Shown: positions 30,005 through 40,425 of the stretch, piece by piece
Numbering within the stretch: position 1 is the stretch's first letter
How the letters are laid out: each line of letters opens with the position of its first letter
DNA from: a virus
Taxonomy: Duplodnaviria > Caudoviricetes
IMG/VR virus record: IMGVR_UViG_3300029305_005724
Coordinates: 1-64,000 of that record
DNA length: 64,000 nucleotides
Strand: one strand, 5' to 3'
Position numbers and translations under genes: made by a program
Notes under the pieces: model-generated
Database searches by the model: none
What the model was told of the DNA's origin: nothing
What the model saw: the letters and a program-made list of their open reading frames with translations, nothing else

Positions 30005-30427
30005 ATGTACGAGTACTACAATGATCAAACAACACTCGCAACAATCGAAACTATTAAAGGAAAGGTTGATACTATCAATAAGTTTAAGGATATCCGAAAA
30101 ACTGAGAGCATATCCGCCCAAAAGGATATTATTCATGCAGTATCTTCTATTGCATGCGATATAATCAATCTTCTTGAAACGCTTCCTCCAAGATCTTTTG
30201 CAAGCAAATCGATCGAAGGATTTTGCGACGATTGGCACAATTATAGATTTGTGCTTCAAACGGCTTATGATAATAGGTCGAATATGCTTATAGGAAAAGC
30301 TGGAGAGCTCGAGGCTTATAAGTGCATCGAAGGTATTAAGACGTACCTTAATCATATTTTGGTCGTTATCGAAAAGCAACAAAATTTTGATAGGCTGGAT
30401 TATGAATTCGATAATAGCGAAAAGTAA
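30005..30427 (+). CDS. Hypothetical early protein
   Basis: Own promoter motif, RBS, terminator. Confidence 0.75.
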   Translation: MYEYYNDQTTLATIETIKGKVDTINKFKDIRKTESISAQKDIIHAVSSIACDIINLLETLPPRSFASKSIEGFCDDWHNYRFVLQTAYDNRSNMLIGKAGELEAYKCIEGIKTYLNHILVVIEKQQNFDRLDYEFDNSEK

Positions 30428-30570
30428 TCTATATAAGAAATAAAGGCATTATAAAATGCCTTTATTTTTTTTTTCGTAAAGCTATAATAATTTGGCCATA
30501 TAATATATTTATGAAGAAGAAAAATCCACATAATTTCTTCAACAAAAATAAAGCATAAGGAGAATGCAAA

Positions 30571-30942
30571 ATGAAAGAAAAATTTGAAAGCTTATTCATC
30601 TATACCGACGCGTTGTATGAAGTCTTCGATTATCGCGACGGTTCCACCCTCAATGAAGACGAAAGACTTGGCCTGGTCCAAGCATTTGGAGACATCACTG
30701 AAAGATTTAAAGAAATCGAAAAGATGTCTGAGTCTGCTATAGCAGAAGCTTCGCATGCAAGATCTATTACTGTTATACGCAGAGCTCTTAATGATGCTTT
30801 GGCAGAATTCATGAAGCAGCATAATGATCTTGCAAATAACAATGCTAAACTTAAGAGTAGCAAAGTTAAAGCATCCCTTCTTATTGCAAGTGCTGTTATT
30901 GCAGCTCTTGCAGAAGAAATCTATCATATCAACCTTGGTTAA
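30571..30942 (+). CDS. Hypothetical early protein
   Basis: Promoter motif and RBS. Confidence 0.75.
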   Translation: MKEKFESLFIYTDALYEVFDYRDGSTLNEDERLGLVQAFGDITERFKEIEKMSESAIAEASHARSITVIRRALNDALAEFMKQHNDLANNNAKLKSSKVKASLLIASAVIAALAEEIYHINLG

Positions 30943-30978
30943 TAAAAATATTTTTACATACAAAGGAGAACTACCACA

Positions 30979-31320
30979 ATGAAAATCCAGGCAAAGCTTA
31001 GCAGAATCGAAATGGCAAGAGCCATCAAAACCGTCAACGAGGCATGTGAGGACTTCGAGACAGAAAATAACATTCCTACGAATGATAAGTATATCGATAT
31101 GAAATCCATCAAGATGCATATCGATACAAATGACTGCACTATCAATATCGATATCGATTCGAGATTTGTTCTTTGGGTGCTTAAATTTTATGGGAAGATT
31201 ATGAAGCTTGTAAAAAGCTTTGTAGATCTTTTTGTAGATTCTACAGATCAGATCTGTGAATTTATTGAAGAGCCTGAAGTTAAAGCTGTCGAATCAAAAG
31301 ATAACGGAGATACAGAATAA
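30979..31320 (+). CDS. Hypothetical protein
   Basis: AAGGAGA RBS. Confidence 0.75.
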   Translation: MKIQAKLSRIEMARAIKTVNEACEDFETENNIPTNDKYIDMKSIKMHIDTNDCTINIDIDSRFVLWVLKFYGKIMKLVKSFVDLFVDSTDQICEFIEEPEVKAVESKDNGDTE

Positions 31321-31342
31321 TAAAAAGAAAGGAGATTTTATT

Positions 31343-31687
31343 ATGCTGGATAAATCAATCGAAGCTTTGAAATCAAGAACAAAAGATTTCATCGAAAAAC
31401 TTGATACTTTCTGTATCGATGATATGGGCAAACTTGAAACAAGAGAATATATCGTTAGATATGCCGTCGAACTTGGAAATGAACAAGAGGTTATTCTTAA
31501 CAGTATTGAAAAGACTGATGAGAATAAGAATCTTATCAATGATCTCAATAATTATCGTAAATGCATAAATAATATTGTGCATTTCGTATACGTAAAGCAT
31601 GATAGGCATGACTGCCTTGACAGTATCAAGACCATTGCAAGAAATGCTCTTTATGTTTTTCTCGAAGAGGAAGCCGATACAGAGTAA
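31343..31687 (+). CDS. Hypothetical protein
   Basis: Start MLDKS after AAGGAGA. Confidence 0.7.
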   Translation: MLDKSIEALKSRTKDFIEKLDTFCIDDMGKLETREYIVRYAVELGNEQEVILNSIEKTDENKNLINDLNNYRKCINNIVHFVYVKHDRHDCLDSIKTIARNALYVFLEEEADTE

Positions 31688-31878
31688 TAAATAAAGGGGA
31701 GATTAAATTCTCCCCTTTATTTTTTTTCTATGATACTAAATTGCAATTTGTAATTTGCCTATGATAATAATTTAAAATACAACAAACTTCTAATTAATCA
31801 GAAATGATACCATGGAACATAATAATGGTTTCATCATGACCGAAAACTAAAAATATTTTATATAAGGAGAATACCACA

Positions 31879-32316
31879 ATGGCTAAGTACAACAACAAAA
31901 ATGCAAACGCAAACAAGCAGCAGGACAATCGTCCGAAGCCTATCTTTAAGACTCTTCCTCTTGTAGTAACTGGAAGAGATGCCAAGGGCAATGAGTATGA
32001 CGTAGAGTCTTGCAAGGAAATCATGGCTACTCTCGCAAATGCCGATGTTTTTGCAAAGCTCAATGTAGGAGCTATGGCAGCAAGATCCCTTGTATCTAAT
32101 GATGCAGATGCTAAGGGTACTATGACTGTAGCTGCAATTGAGAAGTATGACGCAGAAACTGAAAATGTCGAGCTTGTCTTCGCTGGCAAGAATCTCGAGG
32201 TTGCTGGACTGATCGATGATACGATGGTTATCGTTCCTCGTGTTCGTAGCAATCATAAGACTGGCATCGTTTCGAAGATCTTTGGTTTCGAAATCGTTCC
32301 GGCAATGGAAGCCTAA
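31879..32316 (+). CDS. Hypothetical protein (high-expression codon bias)
   Basis: RBS, promoter motif 31781-31792, terminator. Confidence 0.75.
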   Translation: MAKYNNKNANANKQQDNRPKPIFKTLPLVVTGRDAKGNEYDVESCKEIMATLANADVFAKLNVGAMAARSLVSNDADAKGTMTVAAIEKYDAETENVELVFAGKNLEVAGLIDDTMVIVPRVRSNHKTGIVSKIFGFEIVPAMEA

Positions 32317-32418
32317 ACGATTATACATATGAATATATGAAGAGTCGTAAAGGCTCTTCATATATTCTTTTTGGTGATATATTATATCTTCGAAATAAAG
32401 ACAAAGGAGAATGATATT

Positions 32419-34785
32419 ATGTCTGAAAAAATACTTGAAATGTCGTCAAGCAATCAATTTAAAACTGATTATACACGATATGGAATTTATATTCTCTATA
32501 GACGAGTTCTCTCCGATTATAGAGATGGCTTAAAGCCTGTACAACGCAGAATTTTATGGGCTATGTATAAAAATACAAAAGCCGTTACAACAAGAGTTAA
32601 ATCTGCAGCAGTTGTTGGTGATGTAATGAAATTATATCATCCTCATGGTGATGCTGCAATTTATGGAACCATGAAGCCGATGGCCAACTGGTTCGAGACC
32701 TATGTACCATTAATTGATCCTAATGGAAACTTTGGTACATTCCAAGGAGATCCTATGGCAGCTGCAAGATATACAGAATGTAGATTAAGTAAGTTTGCTA
32801 TAGATAATGTACTTGGGGATATTATGGACAGCCCTGAAGCTGTTGATTGGTCTCCCACATATAGTGGTGCAGCTAAAGAGCCTGATTACCTTCCGACTAA
32901 GGTTCCACTTCTTCTTATTAATGGAAGTTTTGGAATTGGACTAGGTATGAGGGCTGAAATTCCTACTCACAATCTTGCTGAAGTTATTGATGCAACTCTT
33001 ATGTTGATGGATAATCCGAATGCGGAGGTTGTATTAATTCCTGATCATTGCATGAATTGCGAAATTGTAGAAACAGATTTCGCAAAAATATGTAGAGCTG
33101 GATTTGGTCATTATAAGATTCGTGGAAAAGTTGTCGAAGAAACTTATAAAAACAAAAAGGCCCTAGTCATTAAATCTGTTCCTAATCTTACCTATCTCAA
33201 TAGTATTACAGATAAAATCGAAGATCTTATTAAGAAAAAGAAAATTATCCAAATTGATAATTGTTTCGATGAATCGACAATAAATGAAATGAGATATGTA
33301 GTCGTTCTTAAGCCAGGCTCGGATCCTAACTATGTAAAGGAAGTTCTTTATAAAAATACCGGTCTTGAGCAGACTTTAAGAATTAATTTTGAGACTTTGA
33401 ATGGGTTAAATCCTTTGAGAATGTCTTATAAATCTTATTTGCTGAGCTTTATTGATTTTAGAAAGATGACAAAATTTAGAGTCTATTCAAATAGACTCCA
33501 AGCTATTCAAACTAAGATCCATGAAAGAGAAGCATATATTAAAGCTCTTGAATCTGGAGAGATCGATAATATTATTGCAATTATTAAGGGTCAGAAAACT
33601 GTTGATGATGCATATCTTATCGAGTATCTGGTTAAGAAGCTTAAAATTACAGATCTTCAGGCAAGATATATTATTGATGCCGATTTGAAGAGGCTTTCTA
33701 TTGGTTATTTGAATAAATATAAGATGGAAGCCAAAGAACTTGAATCGGCAAAGAATGAGTTAATGACTCATATTATGGACGATAAAGTTATTGAAAATGA
33801 CATTCGTCAAGAGCTTTTAGATATTAAGGCAAAGTATGGAAAACCTAGAAATTGCACTGTTATCAGTGGCGATGAAATGAATGAAATTCCTAAAGGTGAA
33901 ATGCTTATTGCAGTTACTGAAAAGAATTTCATTCGTAAAGTTCCAGCTAATAGTAATATCGGTTCTTTCAGAAATGACAGTCTTAAATCTCTTATTAAGC
34001 TTGATAATACTGATAGTATTCTAATCTTCGATAAGATTGGAAAGGTTTTCAAGCTACCTGTTCATAAAGTTCCATTTACAGATAAAGCAACAAATGGTAC
34101 TGACATCAGATTCCTTATAAGAACATTGACTTCTGATATTAGTACTATTATTCCGGAAAGTATATTCAAAAATCTCGTGGATAAAGGTCATTATAATAAT
34201 AAGCATTATATTGTAACCCTTACAAATAGTGGTCTTATTAAACGTATGGATCTTGATGATTTTATCAGTGTACCTCCTTCTGGAATTCTTTATGCAAAAC
34301 TCGACCAAGGTGATTTTATTAAAGATATTGTAATTGCGCATAGTAATTTCTCTCTTGTAGTATATAGTGATCGTAAAGCTACTGTAATGAAAGTAAATGA
34401 TGCTCCTTATCTTAAGAGAAACACTAAGGGATCTAAAGCAATTGCTGGAGTTGATCATGTTGATGGTGTATGTGTTATTCATAGTAATTGCACCGATATT
34501 GCAGTAATTACCGAATCTGGTAAGATTAATCGTATTAATATTCTTCAAGGCCTTCCCAATACAGGTAAAGGCAAGAGCGGATTGAACTTGATTAAGCTTG
34601 CTGCAGGTGATACTATTGCCGGTGTTGTTAGTGGAAATGATAACGACACTATCCATATTAAAATGGCTGAGGGTGATGCTTTAGTCAAATTCGCTGATTT
34701 AGCAGTTGGAAGTTCTATTAGTCCCGGAACTAAGGTTCTTACAACTCGTGGAAACAAAATTTTACACTGTTATATCGAACGATAA
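32419..34785 (+). CDS. gyrA: DNA gyrase / type IIA topoisomerase subunit A with beta-pinwheel CTD
   Basis: DGLKPVQRR, YHPHGD, AAARYTE catalytic Tyr. Confidence 0.95.
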   Translation: MSEKILEMSSSNQFKTDYTRYGIYILYRRVLSDYRDGLKPVQRRILWAMYKNTKAVTTRVKSAAVVGDVMKLYHPHGDAAIYGTMKPMANWFETYVPLIDPNGNFGTFQGDPMAAARYTECRLSKFAIDNVLGDIMDSPEAVDWSPTYSGAAKEPDYLPTKVPLLLINGSFGIGLGMRAEIPTHNLAEVIDATLMLMDNPNAEVVLIPDHCMNCEIVETDFAKICRAGFGHYKIRGKVVEETYKNKKALVIKSVPNLTYLNSITDKIEDLIKKKKIIQIDNCFDESTINEMRYVVVLKPGSDPNYVKEVLYKNTGLEQTLRINFETLNGLNPLRMSYKSYLLSFIDFRKMTKFRVYSNRLQAIQTKIHEREAYIKALESGEIDNIIAIIKGQKTVDDAYLIEYLVKKLKITDLQARYIIDADLKRLSIGYLNKYKMEAKELESAKNELMTHIMDDKVIENDIRQELLDIKAKYGKPRNCTVISGDEMNEIPKGEMLIAVTEKNFIRKVPANSNIGSFRNDSLKSLIKLDNTDSILIFDKIGKVFKLPVHKVPFTDKATNGTDIRFLIRTLTSDISTIIPESIFKNLVDKGHYNNKHYIVTLTNSGLIKRMDLDDFISVPPSGILYAKLDQGDFIKDIVIAHSNFSLVVYSDRKATVMKVNDAPYLKRNTKGSKAIAGVDHVDGVCVIHSNCTDIAVITESGKINRINILQGLPNTGKGKSGLNLIKLAAGDTIAGVVSGNDNDTIHIKMAEGDALVKFADLAVGSSISPGTKVLTTRGNKILHCYIER

Positions 34786-34876
34786 ATTAATACTGATTAT
34801 AGACTGGGTGATTTTAAGCCTCGCCCAGTCTATAATTTCCTACATACAATTTATTTTTTAAAGGAGGTGAAATGAA

Positions 34877-35482
34877 ATGGCAGGTGAAAAGAAGGTTTTT
34901 GAAACAAAACAGGAATCTCTAGAGGACTATAAGAAATACATCAAAGAGCATGTTGATGCTGTCATCAAAGCATTTGATTTGTTTGGGGTTAAATTAACCG
35001 AGTATGTTTGCACCCATCGTGATGATGGCAGACATGAGGATTCTACAGTAGTATATAATACTTTATCTAATATTATTTCTACGCATGATCATACAAAATA
35101 TGGTATTGAAGAATTTGAAGCATATAGGGCTAAATGGCATCCTTGTAAAGAAGATTTGGAAAATCCGTTCCAAGTTAGAGAGAATTTTGAAGCTGCATGG
35201 AAACATCATTATTCTCATAATTTCCATCATCCTGAATATTGGGTGGTAAACTCTAATGGTAAAACCATTATTATGAGAATGAGTAAAGTTGCATTTATTG
35301 AAATGCTCTGTGACTGGATTGCTATGTCTATGGTTAGAAATCAGAATGTTGCTGACTGGTGGAATTCTCCTGGCGGTAAGAAAGAAAAATCTGAGATAAT
35401 GGACGACCAAGATGTAAAGCTTATTGATGAAATTCTTCATAGATATAAAAGAGATTTTGATTTTACAAATAAAGAGGCTTAA
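34877..35482 (+). CDS. HD-like His-rich protein (DUF5662-like)
   Basis: HDHTKY, AWKHHYSHNFHHPEYW, EMLCDW. Confidence 0.7.
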   Translation: MAGEKKVFETKQESLEDYKKYIKEHVDAVIKAFDLFGVKLTEYVCTHRDDGRHEDSTVVYNTLSNIISTHDHTKYGIEEFEAYRAKWHPCKEDLENPFQVRENFEAAWKHHYSHNFHHPEYWVVNSNGKTIIMRMSKVAFIEMLCDWIAMSMVRNQNVADWWNSPGGKKEKSEIMDDQDVKLIDEILHRYKRDFDFTNKEA

Positions 35483-35626
35483 TATACATATATAAATCCA
35501 ACCAGTTGAACCGCTGGTTGGATTATTTATTTTTGCTATATTATAAAATTTCAGCAATATATTATAATAATGAAATAAGGCCACAAACTTATTTCGACTA
35601 CCATAAAATCTAAGGAGAAAATTATA

Positions 35627-36070
35627 ATGGATAACAGACAAAAATTCGAGAATTTCATGATAATGAGAAACGATGTTCTTGATAATGAAACCATGGATTT
35701 AATTCGATTATTTGCTAACGATGAAAATCTTGAACATGATATGGAACTGGTTGGTGAAGTTCAATCGGCTATAGAAGGAGCTCTTTATAGAAGGAATATT
35801 GGCAAGTGTCATCCATTCTTGTTCGATCCCCTTTGTGGAGGAGATTGCAATGAATGTGCGAACACAGATTGCCAAAATAATCCTGATTGTGAAGGCTTTA
35901 CTGCAAAAGAAGAAGATGACGATGACGATTGGATTCCCTGTATCAATGTTTTAGAGGAGGATTACGATGAGCATTTTGGAACGAATTCCCATGGCTGTAA
36001 TAAGAATAATTGTCCGTATCGTATCATGGAATCAAAGGAAGATAAAAAAGAAAAAGAAGTAGTTATCTGA
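35627..36070 (+). CDS. Cys-rich acidic hypothetical protein
   Basis: RBS; CGGDCNECANTDC cluster. Confidence 0.7.
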   Translation: MDNRQKFENFMIMRNDVLDNETMDLIRLFANDENLEHDMELVGEVQSAIEGALYRRNIGKCHPFLFDPLCGGDCNECANTDCQNNPDCEGFTAKEEDDDDDWIPCINVLEEDYDEHFGTNSHGCNKNNCPYRIMESKEDKKEKEVVI

Positions 36071-36227
36071 GTACACAAAATGAAGGATGTTCAAATCAAA
36101 GTCCTATTTGTGTGCTTAGATAACAAAGATGGGGCTTCGGCCCCATCTTTTTTGTATTTTTGATTTCTTTTTGTGACAATTATAGATTTCAACATCTGAA
36201 TAATGATATATGAGAGGAGATGCTAAT

Positions 36228-37415
36228 ATGGCTATTAAATATGAAGCAAATACCTCAGCTATAAAGAAAAAATTATGGCCAATGGTTGAAGAATGTATGG
36301 CAAAGCCAGCTGCTAAATCAGCATATAAGAAACTAGTAAATGACTTTATTTCAAATAGAACAGCAAGTCTTTATGATACATTGCCTTGTGATCGTATTCT
36401 TTGCTCAGAAGCTGAAATGGATAAACTATTTGATGCATTGAAGATTGATAAGAAAGTGGTAAAAAGTATTATAGAAGAGACTTATTATGGAGAGATAGAT
36501 AATTTTAATCCTCTTGCCGCTAAGCATGAATTTACAATTCTCATGCTTTTGATTATAAAATATTTTTCTGAAAATAAAATGAAAAAGGAATGCGAACTTG
36601 CTTTAATTCATTTATCATTTTCTGGAAAGTTTTATCCTTCTTTGCATTATCGCTCTTACCCTACAGTTGTACCAGTAAGGCATGTAATGGAATATGTAGT
36701 AAATAATTGCTTAAGTAAAAAGTATGACTTGACTACTTATGGAAGTGTATTTGGAGCTATAAAATCTGTCGCAACAACATGGGTGGAAACTTATTCTAAT
36801 AAATTCAAGAGCTTAACCGATGAGGATGTTGTATATCTTGTACAACAGCTCCATAGCCGTGTCGGAAGTTTTATTAAAAATATTGCTATAGAATATTATA
36901 AAGCTTATGAGGATAAAGACCTCTATATTGCTTATTCTTCGGATTCTTATGAATCAGATGATTTCCATCTTGCCGATAGCGATACTCTTAAAGTTGCTAA
37001 ATGTACAGAAAAAACTATGAATTCTATAAATGCTATTGGTATAGATTATAGAATTTGCAAGATGTGTTCTAGTACGGACATAACTCCTAATGAATGTAAA
37101 GCTGTTATAGAAAGTATTGTAGGCAATAAGGAAAATATCTATACTATGAAAGAATTAATATCTTTAATGATATCCCTATACTTTGCTACAGGAGAAAGGG
37201 ATGTGTCAAATATTAATTTTATTACATACACCATTTCTCCAAAGCCAAATGCAAAACAAACAGAAATACTTAGAGCTAAAGAAATTATTGAAAACTGGCT
37301 TTGTGAATCTGGAACTGCTTATATGAGGCGTCGTTCTAGAATAGCAACTAAAAATGCTTATGAAAGAGCAGTTAGAATGTATTTTGCTTTAGTTATTCAT
37401 AATAGTAATAGATAA
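36228..37415 (+). CDS. Conserved-type jumbo-phage hypothetical (late) protein
   Basis: AACA-N6-TA 36191-36202, AGGAGA RBS. Confidence 0.7.
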   Translation: MAIKYEANTSAIKKKLWPMVEECMAKPAAKSAYKKLVNDFISNRTASLYDTLPCDRILCSEAEMDKLFDALKIDKKVVKSIIEETYYGEIDNFNPLAAKHEFTILMLLIIKYFSENKMKKECELALIHLSFSGKFYPSLHYRSYPTVVPVRHVMEYVVNNCLSKKYDLTTYGSVFGAIKSVATTWVETYSNKFKSLTDEDVVYLVQQLHSRVGSFIKNIAIEYYKAYEDKDLYIAYSSDSYESDDFHLADSDTLKVAKCTEKTMNSINAIGIDYRICKMCSSTDITPNECKAVIESIVGNKENIYTMKELISLMISLYFATGERDVSNINFITYTISPKPNAKQTEILRAKEIIENWLCESGTAYMRRRSRIATKNAYERAVRMYFALVIHNSNR

Positions 37416-37588
37416 AAAGAAAATCCCATGGAGAGAAATCTCCATGGGAATAAATTTTGCAAAAAAAAAGAAAGTGGATTCCACCATCTATCCACCACCC
37501 TTATTCTAAGGTTAGTAAGATTTTATTTTATTACAATCTCTATCTTTTAATTAATTCATAAATAAAATAATAAAGATAATTAATTTAT

Positions 37589-37720
37589 AGAAAGCACGAA
37601 ATATCAGAAAGCACGAAATATCAGAAAGCACGAAATATCAGAAAGCACGAAATATCAGAAAGCACGAAATATCAGAAAGCACGAAATATCAGAAAGCACG
37701 AAATATCAGAAAGCACGAAA
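37589..37720 (+). repeat. 17-bp perfect tandem repeat AGAAAGCACGAAATATC x7 plus a 13-nt partial copy
   Basis: Directly visible; AT-rich stretch upstream and hairpin aaagggatc-tttta-gatcccttt downstream. Confidence 0.95.
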
Positions 37721-37817
37721 GGGATCTTTTAGATCCCTTTCTAGTTAATTTATATAAAAATAAAACATTATATAAGATACATTTATTCAACTTTAGACTT
37801 AGTAATAACACTTAAAT

Positions 37818-38255
37818 AAGAGCTTGCTGAATGGTATCATATAATATATTGTCCACCACGATATATCGCAATGTGTACCCCAAAGCATAACAATTGATAC
37901 ACACTTTCCATAAATTTATTAAATTATAGCAAATTCGCTTATCTGAAGCCTGACGTTGTGTCTTATGAGAAGATTATTTATTTAGGGGCTAAATAGTGAT
38001 ATAGCATTTCTATACTAATAAATTTCGAGAGATACGGGTTTAATCTCTCTAATTCGGATACTGATTGGTTTTTCACTTCCCCAAATCAAGTCCTTTAAAT
38101 TGTTATCTATTATACACAAAGCCACACCCCCACTGATGATATTGTTCCCATTTTCACAAAATCCCCAGTGAGCTCTTAAGATCTTTTAAATCCTTCGGCC
38201 GAAGGTAATGCAGATAGAGGTTTATTTCTTTTTCCTCTATCTGCATTTTCTTTTT
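37818..38255 (+). ncRNA. Candidate structured ncRNA
   Basis: AACA-N6-TA 37807-37818; taagagct pairs with agctctta at 38171-38178; terminator aatgcagatagagg..cctctatctgcatt + T-run; no ORF. Confidence 0.5.
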
Positions 38256-38321
38256 ATTTTACCAAATTTATGATTTTCTTATTGGACATAAAAATAAGAA
38301 ATATTCGAAGGAGGTAACAAT

Positions 38322-39047
38322 ATGACACCCCAAAGAGAAAAAGCTGAAAACTTAATTTATCAAGTAATGGATAAACTTGATAAAGATGAATATAATTCTT
38401 CTCATTATAAAAAACTTTTTGCAGGAATGAGTGATGCACAGTTTATGAATTTCTGTAAAAGACATTTACCATTTAGATTTCATACTAAACCATTCGTTGT
38501 AGAACCGAAATTATATGATATTAAAGAAGCATTAAAAGTACTTAGAGTACCGCTTCTTGAAAAAGTGGCTTTGCCTTATCTTTATACTGATAAAGATGGA
38601 AACCCAGTATGGTCAAAAGAAGCAATGGTAGTTTATATTCATATTAAGAAAATGAAACAATTTATTACAAAGAAAAACTCAACACCTTCTGGAATTGATA
38701 CTCGTGATATGAAATCTGGATTGCTTGTATCTTTTGATAAAGGTGGCAAAACTTCTGATAGAGAAATGGAAGCTCTTGCCGTTATGGGATTAGACAAGAC
38801 TATGGCAGAAATGTCTACATGGAGAGCTGACTATATGGATGCAAAATCGGTTGCATACCAGACAATCAGCACAATGGGAAAAATTTCAGAAAAAGAAATT
38901 CCTATTGAAGAAACGGACTCTATTTCAAAGAATACTTTAAACGCATATATGGTATCTGCTTTACTCAATACAAATATTTTGAATAAAGATTATATGCTAC
39001 CCAAAACATTGGCTGGTAAAAAGGCAAAGATTGAAAGAGAATATTGA
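38322..39047 (+). CDS. RNA polymerase beta C-terminal fragment (probably the virion RNAP)
   Basis: VVYIHIKKMKQ...KGGKTSDREMEAL resembles beta Y..KL.H ... GGQRFGEMEVWAL. Confidence 0.65.
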   Translation: MTPQREKAENLIYQVMDKLDKDEYNSSHYKKLFAGMSDAQFMNFCKRHLPFRFHTKPFVVEPKLYDIKEALKVLRVPLLEKVALPYLYTDKDGNPVWSKEAMVVYIHIKKMKQFITKKNSTPSGIDTRDMKSGLLVSFDKGGKTSDREMEALAVMGLDKTMAEMSTWRADYMDAKSVAYQTISTMGKISEKEIPIEETDSISKNTLNAYMVSALLNTNILNKDYMLPKTLAGKKAKIEREY

Positions 39048-39059
39048 TAACAATAAAGT

Positions 39060-39180
39060 AAGGTTCTGTTTCATAGCCTAAAAACGCGTTTCATTTCAGA
39101 CTCTATCCTCAAAGAGTCAAAACACCTTCCTTAATTATATAAAATACCGGATAGCGTAAAACGTTATCCGGTATACTTTT
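39060..39180 (+). ncRNA. Candidate small antisense RNA
   Basis: AACA-N6-TA 39049-39060, two TTTCAT modules, CACCTTCCTT, terminator ataccggata..tatccggtat + T-run. Confidence 0.4.
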
Positions 39181-39270
39181 GATTACATATTATATTTATG
39201 AACTTAGAAGTAAATGATAAAAAGTTCGACATTTTTATCTCATTAAAATAAAGGAAAGGAGATTATTAAT

Positions 39271-39429
39271 ATGAGTAAAAATTATGGCGTAATCAATGAG
39301 CAGGGTTTCGTCGCAGGAAATAACCTCGGCTTTAATCCCCTCAGTGAATCCGACAAAAATGCACTTGACCAGAAGCAGAAGGCTACTGATGATAAAGATC
39401 AGAAGTCTAATAAAGAAAACAGCAAGTAA
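39271..39429 (+). CDS. Small hydrophilic protein (52 aa, MSKNYGVINEQG...)
   Basis: AAGGAGA RBS, early-type promoter at 39186-39201. Confidence 0.7.
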   Translation: MSKNYGVINEQGFVAGNNLGFNPLSESDKNALDQKQKATDDKDQKSNKENSK

Positions 39430-39505
39430 TTCAACTCAAGTAACCCAGACCAGAAGCTACCACAGGCTTCTGGTCTAAAATTTTATTTAAGGAGAAGAAA
39501 AACAA

Positions 39506-40396
39506 ATGAAAACCACAAGAGTACAGAACAAGAAAAAGGCAATTAAAATAACTACAAATTTAATTGCTATCACGCTTTTTGCACTTATCGTTACAGTAAT
39601 AATTCTTTTAGCTTCTTTATTTATTGAGAATAAAGAAATTGAAAGAGATGATAATGATTCGTATATAAAAGCAGAAACAACAAGCTACAATAATTTTCAA
39701 ACAGAGCAAGTAGCAAAACCGGAAGTCAAGGCTCAAACTTATTATGTAAAATCTGGAGATTCCTTTTGGTCCATATCTAATGATTTTTATGGAACTGGAA
39801 TTTACTATACAGCTATTGCATACTATAATGAGCTTTCTACCACTTCTATTCTTCATATTGGAGATAAACTTTTAGTACCTAGTCTTGATGATGAAGCATT
39901 TATTAATCTTTATAATAATATTGTTTCTGGCAATCAGACAAAGGTTGAAGAGTTTAATAATTCTATGAAAGGGCAAACAATCAAAGCAGGAACTAATCAT
40001 AATTATAAATATGGAAAAAGGATGGATCCTGCAGTAGATATAACGGTCCCTTCTGGTAATGATATGAGAAATTATACTAAATCCGTGAATACATCTTCCT
40101 TTACATATCTTGGTAGTTATAAGATTACAGGATATACTCCTTCTTGTGAGCATTGCTGTGAAGCTACTGAAGGCATTGGAGCAAGTGGTGTTCAAATGAT
40201 TTGCGGATATAGTGTAGCCGCTCCTTATAACCTTCCATTCGGTACAACAATCTATATTGAAGGATATGGATTCTATGTTGTAGAAGATAGAGGTTATCTT
40301 GGAGATAGCACAATAGATATTGCTTGCCCTACGCATAATGATTGTTATGCTATTACAGGAAATAATATCAATGTCTATATCGTTCCTAATAATTAA
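39506..40396 (+). CDS. Membrane-anchored LysM + 3D-domain cell-wall protein
   Basis: N-terminal TM helix, YYVKSGDSFWSIS LysM, VEDRG...IDI 3D motif. Confidence 0.85.
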   Translation: MKTTRVQNKKKAIKITTNLIAITLFALIVTVIILLASLFIENKEIERDDNDSYIKAETTSYNNFQTEQVAKPEVKAQTYYVKSGDSFWSISNDFYGTGIYYTAIAYYNELSTTSILHIGDKLLVPSLDDEAFINLYNNIVSGNQTKVEEFNNSMKGQTIKAGTNHNYKYGKRMDPAVDITVPSGNDMRNYTKSVNTSSFTYLGSYKITGYTPSCEHCCEATEGIGASGVQMICGYSVAAPYNLPFGTTIYIEGYGFYVVEDRGYLGDSTIDIACPTHNDCYAITGNNINVYIVPNN

Positions 40397-40425
40397 ATAA
40401 AAATCTCAATATGGAGGAAATAATA

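Noticed and set aside
24672-35641. Long antisense ORFs (e.g. 24672..25229, 31794..32361, 34054..34656, 35063..35641; also 49204..49905)
   Set aside because: Shadows of well-supported genes on the opposite strand, without RBS or recognisable motifs.
37589-37720. CRISPR array
   Set aside because: Repeats are directly head-to-tail with no spacers.
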